This document shows positions 38,708-50,200 of a DNA stretch of 64,000 bases, one piece after another (position 1 is the first letter of the stretch; the number at the start of each line of letters is the position of its first letter). A model generated the notes under the pieces. The model was given only the letters and a program-made list of their open reading frames with translations, was not told the DNA's origin and made no database searches. The position numbers and the translations under genes are program-made. Source of the DNA: Schmidtea nova (taxonomy: Eukaryota); contig CM097882.1 of the NCBI GenBank assembly GCA_044892505.1, forward strand, positions 320,230,001-320,294,000, given 5' to 3'.

Positions 38708-41700
38708 GTGTCTTTGTCTAGGAATGGGGTTTCGGACTTTGAAAAAAATTCGAAAATAATGAATCATCGTGAGTACACAACATTTTTAGTCTAAAAAAGT
38801 AACAAATGTCTTTGTTCTAATGACCTTTGATCTAAAAAACGTGACTTTTTCGAACTTAGAAAAGTTTTGACAAAAAACGATGAGTCATTGTGAGCTCACT
38901 TCTACCTACTAAATAAATATCCTATTTTTACAGATTATCTAAGACTTTGCATTTTCAAGTGATATGATATCCAGTGTACCATTATTAATTCAATTAGTTA
39001 ATTTTAGTTGGTTTTTCGCAACTTCAACAACTTCTTGTTATTAATAGAGTTTCTCCTAAAAATAAATGGTTTTTCATTTGACAGTATGAATTTTGCATTC
39101 AAAGTGTTAATCTTTCATTTATTAGTGTTTTTGGTAATTGTGATTATTTATTTATAACTATTTTTTAAATGAACTTTAAAAGAAAGTAAATGTGCTTGGT
39201 GTAAAATACTTTACTCCTTCAAACCACAGGTTGGGTGTAGTCAGTCATTCTTTTTCAAAGTATTTGATGAATGCAGGTTGGTCGGTTTGTGATGAACAAA
39301 TTGGAAGCTTGATCAAATATTTCTCTTGACAGTGATAATTGTAATGTTTCAATGTCAGAAATAATTTCAGTTTGTTGATTTTTGGTAACTAAAGTTTTCA
39401 CTTTTTTGGTCACATTGCGATGAACATGTGCCCAAAACATAATCATTTGTGTGTCACCAAATATTTCCTGAAATGCATTTCGGATTGCATTTGCTGAATC
39501 AGCAATCAGAACCTCTGCTTTGATTTTTTGTTGATTGATTTTTTGCGATCCGTCAATCAAGCTTTGAAAGACAAATTTAAAGTCTTGTTTTTCTTCATTG
39601 GTACACACTGCCATTCCAAATGGGTGAAAATGGCGATCCAAATCAGTTGTCCCAACTATCAGAACTGGAAACCCTTGCCAAACTAATTTGTAAGTTGCAT
39701 CAGCATGAATGTTAATGGAAGTTGAAGCTGTAGTGAGCAACCTTTTGGTTGATATGAAGAAGCGAAATTTTGGACCAGCCACTTCATCAACATCTTCATC
39801 ATCGCCAAATTCATCATCATAGATGATTTCGTATGATACAACAAAAGGATTATCCACGTCCAGTTCTGTTTGTTCCGTTTGACTTGACTCTAAGCACCAT
39901 TGTTCCAATTCACCGAGGCTTATTGTTGCAGTGCCAAATTTTTCTTTTTTGATTTTGTTATATAGTTTCGCAGCTGGACAATGTTTGGAACTTGAAAGTG
40001 CTTTCTCTGCAATGCTTCCATTATTGCTTTTGGCTTTAACTTGAACTCCAGAAGCTGTTTGATTTCTTGTTGGACTTCTGGGGAAATTTTGGATTTCAGT
40101 GAATCGAGTGAGTCGTGTGTGTGTTCAGCAGCACATCGGAACAATACAACATCTTCACTTGCTGCATCATAGAACAAATAAAGTCCAGCGGCACATTGCT
40201 GTCCACGCAACTTGACTTTATTGCGTCTGTAATAAATTTTTTTGCCTTAAAATATTGCGTTTGAATAATGTTGACTCCAAAGATTTTCATTTTTAACTGC
40301 ATCCCCGCTTTCCTTTTTATTCTTGAAAACACATTCCCTCTTCAGCATCTGAGAAATATTCTGGTAATTCCATGATAAAAGTCTTTGAAATGCTTTTGTT
40401 AAAATCTAAAATATTTTTTTTAAAGATTGGTATTAACTTTGAAATCAATTTTAAAACTTATCAAAATAATTAAGAATTATATCAATTTATAATTTTAACT
40501 GGTTAATTCATTAAATTACTGATGTTTTAATAATTAACTGATCATTTAATTAAAAAACTTAATATTTATTAATTAACTGATCAATACAATAAATTACTGG
40601 TAATTAAATTAATTAACTGGTCATTTAATCAATTTACTGGTGATTTATTTCTTCTACTGATCACAAAATACTGGTCATTTAAATTAAAATACTGATCGTT
40701 TAAATCGCACCCTTTTATTTTGTATTAAGATTCTTCCAAAAATATTTTTAAAAAATTATCACAGTTATCAAGAAACACTAATAAATGAAACATTAACACT
40801 ATTAATTGTAAATGATATACTCTCAAATGAGAAACCTTTAAATAAAAGAGAAAATATAAAATTTTAATTAAAAGTTATTATTTAAAATACTTAATCTTAT
40901 TTTATTTTAATACGACTTTTACTCCAAATATATTTACCATTTTTCGATGTAATTTTAATACATTGTTTTGTCAATTTATTTTATTCTGTTTTATTTGAAA
41001 TAATTTTATATCTTCATTTTAATTAGATATTTTCTTATTACAGGGTTTTTCATTAATTTTTGTGAATCATACTTTTAGATGAAAATCTCTATAATTAGAA
41101 AATACCTAGTTAAAATTGAAGATATAAAATTACATAACACTAAATGTACCAGAGCCGTCAAATGATCGCTTTGTAAACTGTCGAAATTTTTAAATTCAAT
41201 TTTTTCGCTTTTCTTCAACTTTTTTATGACTTTTCAACACATCTTTTTTGTTGTATTTGCTGATAATCTTATGCACTTTATCATTAATTACGATGATTAG
41301 ACTTTTACTATATTTAAAAAAATAACGGGAGGCTACGTGTTAAAATGAAATACAAAATAAAATAAATTTAAAAAATGTATTAAAATTACATGATTTGTTT
41401 TAAACTATTTGATCTGAAAAAAATCATAAACAATTAATTGATATATAATCAAGTTTTAAATTAATTTTATATTAATTATTAAAGGATAAAAATATTATAA
41501 TTAAATTTAAGTAAAACGCTATTAAATTAGAAATTAAAACTATTAACTGCAAAGGTCACACTAATAGATAAGAAAAGCTATAAATTAGCAAATTCTGATT
41601 TATTATATGAAATCAATTCTAAATATTTTTTTTATTTTTCTTTATAATTTAGTGAAATTTTTATTTATTCTAGATTGATGCAATCGAAAATAATGAATTC

Positions 41701-44700
41701 GATAAATATCCAGTTAGTAAAATGAAGTCATTTTCCAAACCAGAATTGAAAGTTACTAAAGAAGAAGTAGAAATTTATTGTTATATGTTTTTTTAAAAGA
41801 TTTGACGGACTCCTGGGGTTCCGCAGCCCATGTTAAGAATTATCGGTTTACAGAGCAGTTTAAAGAAATTATCACGCGACTGTTTTAACACTTATATCAA
41901 TACCCAACATATCATACATTTTAATTTAGTTTTAGGTACTTTCGTAGATATGTATGTATGGCGCAATTTCTACCAATATTTATACGTCGTGATTTTTTAA
42001 AATTAATATTTTCGAGATTTATTCAACATATCGTTTCGAAGAAAACAATACAACAATACTCTGATCTTAAAGAATCTTGATGGAAAATAACTTTTACGAA
42101 AATTTGTAATATTGAAATCATTATACTGAATCTTTGGGCATAATGAATTTGCAAAATTGGAATAATCATTTTTAAATCTTTTATTTTGTTGGGTTATTTA
42201 TAAAGTCGGTATGAAAACTCTGGCTCCACTAGTTCTCTTTGATATAACTAAGATAACACTCAGTGCAAATAATTTTTATTATTAAAATTGTATCACAATC
42301 ACAACATTTTGTCAACAATATTTCAATCTTTCTATATTTACATTTTTCTTGTTTTAGAAGTAGGTCTTTTTAAAGAAAATTATCCTTTCTGGTACGCAAC
42401 CGATTTGATTAGTTATGCACTTATGTTTTACACTAACTCAGTCTCGAAGTAAAAGTCGGTTGAAATTTCGATTCAATCTTTAACGAATTTTCCTCCGTTT
42501 TTATAGTGACTCCTGCCATTAGAATAATTTGAATCTTCGCAATAGAATTCTAACGACTAAGTAGAGTTTTTCTTTTTCTTTCGAAGTTTCTACTCAATTA
42601 ATTTAATTGTTTTTCAATTTCGGTTTTGATAAATCACGGGTTTTCAATTTACCCTAAACAAATTTAATTATTTTAGTTTTGATTCAGGCTCCCTACACAT
42701 CTCGGGTTTTCCTTTACCTCTGAGTTTTCATACAATTAATTTATTTGGGATAATTGAACATTTTATTGATAACTCGAGTTTTTCACACTGCTCGGGTATT
42801 CCATTAGTCAATTAATTTTTAATTCATTTGTTTTTTCTTAATATTTATTTCTTTGGACCCCCATTGATTTTATATTATTATATATGAATTCATCTCATCG
42901 TTTGTCAACCACTCATACCTACCCCCCGCAATATAATGATTTTAATTTTTCAAAATTTTAATTAATTTTCCATTTTATTTGGAATTTTGGTGTTTTTATT
43001 GATTTGCACTTAGTTTTTAGTGCGTTTTATTTTATTTCTTGCCTGTTCAAACAAATTCTAACAATTTGATAATTTTGCGTTTCTAACCGTTTATCTTTTA
43101 AATTGAACACTAGAACTACCAACTTGTTAAAATGGCGGATTTAGCACTTTAGGTTTAACTTTTATGCATCGTTGAAAAGATTTATGACTCGTATTATGGC
43201 ATTAAATTAATTAAAATGTATTTTTATTATTGAGTTAAATACATTCATTAATTTGCATACAGATGTGGTAAAACAAGTTTACAAAAAACATTTGGTAGTT
43301 CTAGTGTTAACATAGCAAATACAAAAACAATAATAAAATTATATATAGGTTTTATATGGATAACATTTGAGGTCACTGCAAGTATTTTTCATAAGACATA
43401 TGTAAGATGAAAAAATAAAAATAATTCAGTAAAAGTATTCGTATAATAATTATTATTGCCTTTAACAGATTAATTAATTGAAACCACATAAATGCCGGAT
43501 ATGGTTATCGTAACTCTGAATTACGCAGAAATTACAGAAAAAGTAAATTTATTTAAGGTAAGTTTTTAATATTTGCACAATCTATCAGATTACAAGAAAT
43601 GATTAATATTATTTTAAAAATTATCTATCATTCAAAGAAGAAAAGTCGATTTTCACATAAAATAAAAATCTTATTAAAATTAATTTATTGTAAAATTTTT
43701 ACATTTATTTACAATTATTTACATTTTGAATAATTACACAATAATAGCGCGACAGACATAGTGTTACAAATGTAAAAGACAAATGGAACACTTTAAATTT
43801 TATATATCCTTTTCAATAATTTTCAATAGTTATTGTTTCTGAGTTTTTTTCACATATAAAAAATTTAAATTTTTTATTTAATTATCTTTTAGATTGTGAA
43901 AAGTTTGAAAAAATATGAAAAGACTTTTGACAAATTCAATATTAAATTCAAACAATTACCAAAACCGTCTAATCAANNNNNNNNNNNNNNNNNNNNNNNN
44001 NNNNNNNNNNNNNNNNNNNNNNNNNNNNNNNNNNNNNNNNNNNNNNNNNNNNNNNNNNNNNNNNNNNNNNNNNNNNNNNNNNNNNNNNNNNNNNNNNNNN
44101 NNNNNNNNNNNNNNNNNNNNNNNNNNNNNNNNNNNNNNNNNNNNNNNNNNNNNNNNNNNNNNNNNNNNCAGAAAGTGAAACATGTACAGAAAAGGATTTA
44201 TATCAATGTGTAAAAGGATTGCGGTTGAAGGTGAGGCATAATTGAATTTTTATAATTAAAAATTTTACTGGTATAAAAATAATTAAGGTTTATCTAAATG
44301 GACAAGATTCTAATAAAAAATTTACAGTTTTTTTCAATGTATCACAAGCTAACCGAGGAATAAATGATTCGACAATTTTATTTAATCGAGTATTCTTGAT
44401 ATTTCATTTATGATATTTTACCAATTAACTTTTTTAAATTTCATAATCTTATTTTTATAAATGAATTTAGAAATTAAATTAAATTTCATTGCATAAAATT
44501 CAATATTTTTGAACATAATAGAAATAGTAAAATAAATAATAACTTTATTTAAAAACCCGTCAAATAATAATTCTTATAAAACTGTCCGGCTTTTCTGTAC
44601 TTGAGTTTTAGAGCATTGTTAATTGATGAAAACGAGTTTAGTCTTCAATTATACAAATATGAAATATTTTGTAAAGTAGTATTAAAATTATTTTTAAAAT

Positions 44701-47135
44701 TATGTTTTTAAGGAAAATATATTTAAATTATAAAAATTATATAATAAAAAAATTTTTGATAATTTAAAAATAAAATTTTATACAATATTTTGTTAAACTC
44801 AATTAAAAGCTCTGCAATACACAGTGCAAATTCCAAAATTAGAATCAGCAGTTCTATGCAGGAGACAAAAATGTGTTTATTAGTGTTTAAAGTACCATTT
44901 TATCATCCGACAATTATTTGAAGTAATTGATATAATAAAAAGCTAAAGGTAGTCAAATGTGTCTAAAAATAGTCTGTGTTTCAACTAAGCTTATTAGTGC
45001 ACAGAGGTTAATATGATTTGCAAACGCCATGTTTGTAAGTTTATAAATTATCTATAAACCTAACAATGCCCAGTGATATGATATCCAGTATACCAGGAAA
45101 AGTATTCAATAAAGTTGTTCCAACTTTGTTTCAATTTTTACCAAAATGAAGAGAAATCTGTGCGTCTCCTTTATAGCACTGATGAGAGCTAAAAGCTTGA
45201 AACTACTGCTATTAGGGTTTTGCACTGAATATCACAGAGCATTTAATAATGCTTAAAATACTATCAGTCATCCGACAATTATTTGAAGTAATTGAAACTA
45301 TATTTAGTGATATTTAAAAGTTATGAATAATTCTTTTAAATCCATTTATTTATTGGTTTATATTGAAATATTGAACTAAAAATCATTCGAATATGAGAAT
45401 GATGTTCTCGAAATATATTATATGAGATATATTGTCAAAGTNNNNNNNNNNNNNNNNNNNNNNNNNNNNNNNNNNNNNNNNNNNNNNNNNNNNNNNNNNN
45501 NNNNNNNNNNNNNNNNNNNNNNNNNNNNNNNNNNNNNNNNNNNNNNNNNNNNNNNNNNNNNNNNNNNNNNNNNNNNNNNNNNNNNNNNNNNNNNNNNNNN
45601 NNNTTTTTTATTATTAAAAACAAACACCAGTCCAAATATATATTCTGCACAATATATTTCGAGAACTTAATTCTCATCATCAGGTGCTCTTCAATATTCC
45701 ATTCGAATATAAATCAAATAAATTGATTTTCAAACAATTTAATCATAATTTTTTAATTTTATAAAATAGCCAAAAAATTTAAAACGATAAAATTATTTTT
45801 TAATTTAAATAAATTAATCTTAAAAATATAATATTTTCATATTTATAAACAACAGAATGATTGAAAACAAAATCCATAATCATCTATTGAAAATGCTCTA
45901 AAACTCGAGTACAGAAAGTATGTGACATTTCGCCCATGACATTTGAAAATTTAAATGACTTAGAACACAAATCAAAAGAAAAAAATAAAATCTTCAACAA
46001 CCACATCAGTTAATTTACTTAAATCGCAAAAATTGAGGTAAACACTCGCATCCAAAATTCTCACACTCTCATATTTACAAACGTTAATATGATTGGAAAT
46101 AACGCTAAATCCCATTAATTGACTATGCTCTGGAACTCCAATACAGAGTAGTCTTTTCCAAGGTATTTGGAATTTCAACCATGACGTTTGAAAAAATAAG
46201 CGAGAACAGAACAAAGAGCAATACAGAAAACTTCGAATAAGAAAAATAATCAGCACGAATGTAAACCTCGTCATTAAATCTAAATACTAATTTGACAATA
46301 CAAAAATAAAAAAAATCTTTTATAAAAAAGAGAATATTATATTTTTAAGATTAATGAGAATGAAGTTCTCGAAATATATTGTGCAGAAAATATATTTGGA
46401 TTGGCGTTTGTTTTTAATTATTTTAGTGCCATGTTTNNNNNNNNNNNNNNNNNNNNNNNNNNNNNNNNNNNNNNNNNNNNNNNNNNNNNNNNNNNNNNNN
46501 NNNNNNNNNNNNNNNNNNNNNNNNNNNNNNNNNNNNNNNNNNNNNNNNNNNNNNNNNNNNNNNNNNNNNNNNNNNNNNNNNNNNNNNNNNNNNNNNNNNN
46601 NNNNNNNNNNTAGTGATCATTTTAGGAAATGTGCCAGTAAAAAATAGGTATCTCTGATTTTAAAATTATTTCAAAAGGTTTAAGTAATTATTGGGAACGA
46701 GTAACTTGTGAGGCATTGTTGATTAGATATTTAAATCCAAAAATTAATGATCATGTTGCGCATTCCACGGATATTTTGAATGTGTTTAAGTAACTGGATG
46801 TTGAATGTTGCGAATTGAGTTTGTGGTATATTTTTTGTTTTGTTTTTGTGAATATTTTCATTTTTTAAAAAAGTTTTTAAATTGTATGTTGAATTTTAAA
46901 TTAATTTTATGTCTGTTTATTAATTAATTTTTAAAATTTTATGTAAAAAAATTAAATTTTATTTAAAAAAAAATTAAGTTTTGATATAGTTTGAGAATGA
47001 TTATTATTGATTAATTTGTTTAGATATTAGATATTTTCTATTTATTATTGATTATCATGATTGCTGCTTGAAGAAAATTGTTATACAATCGAAATGTATC
47101 GCGTTTATGTTGAATTTACTTAGTTTGCGTTTTTC

Positions 47136-47201
<66 letters not shown>

Positions 47202-50200
47202 CAATAATTCTCATAATGACTATAGATCAAAATTTTTTTTTATAAACAATAACATTGTTTATAAAAAAAAATTTTGATCTATAGTCATTATGAGAATTAT
47301 TGATAATAATAATAAAAAAAGATCAAAGGTNNNNNNNNNNNNNNNNNNNNNNNNNNNNNNNNNNNNNNNNNNNNNNNNNNNNNNNNNNNNNNNNNNNNNN
47401 NNNNNNNNNNNNNNNNNNNNNNNNNNNNNNNNNNNNNNNNNNNNNNNNNNNNNNNNNNNNNNNNNNNNNNNNNNNNNNNNNNNNNNNNNNNNNTTATTTC
47501 TTTCCTGAGAAATTCGGTTTTTCAATTATGATTCCATTATAGTAAATAATTTTAAGTATATTAATAAAACTATATTAATCATTCTTTATTAAAATAGTTT
47601 TTAAAATTTTAATTGTTAATATTACTATTTTTAGAACGAAATGTTGCTTATACGATTGAGTTAATTCACTTTAAATTATAACTTATATTTTAGTTTCTTG
47701 ACTGTTTATCAGAAAGCGTCCATCTTTCCAAGCTCAATGATTTCTCAAAAGGGCTGCTTGCGAGACGTGTCTTCACAGAATACGGAATCGAAATAAAAAA
47801 TGTAGCAGATTTATCATACGATCAAGTTATATGTGTATCATATGGAGAAAACTGGATTGATCCTATTTGTAAAATATTTTATTAATATTTATATATTTTA
47901 AATAGAATATACATTTATATATTGTTGTATTCACACCGCATGAAGCTATAATATATAGATGTAGTTTTTCAAATTTTAACTTTGTGATCTTATTTAACTT
48001 TTTATACTTACCTTTTAGTAGATTTCCTACATTAATTTTGAATAGTTGAAGTTTTTCTTCACATTTCTCAGATTGGCATAATTTTGACTATTTAAAATAA
48101 AATCTTTTCTAATTTCTATTGAAAAATGTTGTTTTTTCAATCTGCAATTACTAACCCTTAAAAATTTGTTTATTAATAATTTATTTATGAAAGATCATAA
48201 ACCATAAACTGACACAATCAAGTTTTGATCAAAATTTATATTAAATATTTTTTATATAATTTTAAAATTAAAATAAGATTAGCACAATTAAATTAAAGTA
48301 AAATGCTATTAAATGTAAAATGAACCTTATTCAATGTAAAAGTTGGGAAATAATTATTTTTATAACACACGAATCTTCTGTATAGTATTATTGAAGTGTA
48401 TTATATAAACAATTTTGATCTTTACATAAAAAGATACAAATTTCTGATATAATAATACAGAAATCGAAGATGAAAAAAATAAAATATGTGAATGTTAAAA
48501 CTTTTACATTTTTAAAATTTTTTTATTTAAAAAAGTATTATTATAATTATATATTATGGAAATACACACTTGATAAAGACTGTGCCGAAATATCGTGTAA
48601 CTAACAACCAAAAAAAATTTGATTTATAATCATACAATTATTAATATGAAAATTATTCATTTATTTATTTTAAATTTTTATCGTTTTCGTCTTTTATCTA
48701 TTATTTTAATTTCTTTTATTTTCATTCTTTTAAATCAGTAGTTTGTAAGCATATTATATTATGGCCCATCTAATAATCATATTTTTTGTGGCTCCTATTC
48801 CTTTATTATTTATATTTTATATACAAATCATTTTTTTTATTTAAATATTAAAATATAAATTCATAACATTAATAAACAAGTTAATCTTTTGAAATTCTAA
48901 AACTTATTTTTCTCATGAAATTTAGGTGCAGTTAACTTTGACTTTTTTTCCGAATATAAGAATTTTGTATGATTTTATATGGTTATATTTGGTATTTTCA
49001 CATAATTTATCGGTCCATCGCTAAGCCGTCTAGAGTCCCCCAAACAAGATACTCGGTTTTAGACTGTAGATCAGTATGCTTTCCATTTAACAAATATATT
49101 TTTATTCTAAAAGAATGAAAATAAACAAATATCTCAGTGTTTATTAAAATTCGATTTGGTTTCAGACATATGTGTTTGTGCGAAATTTCATTTTGTCAAC
49201 AAACATTTGGAGTATTCCATGGTGGATTTGGATTTCACTAGCAACAAGTAATTCTTTACGAATTACTCTTTCAATAATCTTTCGATCTTAGTTTAAAAGA
49301 TTTCAAAATTGCCAAAACGTTTGATGACAGAAACATTATCTATTCTCTTCCAGTGCTCGAATATCAAGTAAGTTCGATGTCTTCAATCGTGAAATTTAGT
49401 TGAATGTTTTGTTAGAAAAGTTCAAACGTCTACATGTTGTCGTCCTTGCATGTTATGGAAAAGGAAAACAGTATGAAAAATAACCTCATCAAGTCTTGGA
49501 GTTATACAGTTACTGGAAGATTAATTTTAAAAAATATTCCATCTCTTTGTTTAACTCTAATCACAAATTCAAAGAACTCCTTAAAGGTTCATAAACTTTC
49601 TCTGAAAGAATTAGATACAGAGAATGATGGAATGATTGAAATTGCGTACTACGCAGTTCAATTGAATTCGGTTAATGCCCATAACTCTACTCAGATGTGG
49701 AAGTTTAACACATCTGGACAATTGTATAACCAAGTTATATTATATTCCCATATGATTTAATTCAATTAAATTTTAGGCATTTCCTCAATTCTTTTTGACT
49801 TACTTTGAGAATAGGTCGAATGTTGATCAAGATGACTTTGCTGATGCCATTCGAAAATCAAATATTTTAGCTGTAGAACAATTACCAGACAATTTACAGA
49901 AATACCAAAGATGGGCATTTAAGCAAGAATCTTTCTCCAATCTCAGTCAATGGAAGCTTAGTGATTTACCAAACCCCGAATGGCACAAAAGTGCTTTAAC
50001 GTGGCCTTTGAAGACTAATGGAGATTTGAATGATGATTTAAAATGGCCAATTGAAGGACTTCTTATACCATGTGCTCCGCCATTGAACCGGAAGACATGC
50101 GAGTCTGAATCAAGTAAATGATAAATTGTTTCAAGAAATTTAAAAGATTAACCTTACTAATTATTTTTATATTTAATTTCAATTTTTTAGACAATAGATC

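Larger units (their letters stand above)
31104..38910. mobile_element. Polinton/Maverick-like element, copy C (internally rearranged, non-autonomous), in a DCDC1 intron
   Basis: AAATAA|AGTATGTAGAAGTGAG ... CTCACTTCTACCTACT|AAATAA gives a 6-bp TSD with AGT...ACT termini. Imperfect TIRs of about 500 bp (31104-31620 vs about 38330-38910). PolB fragment inside. Confidence 0.9.
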
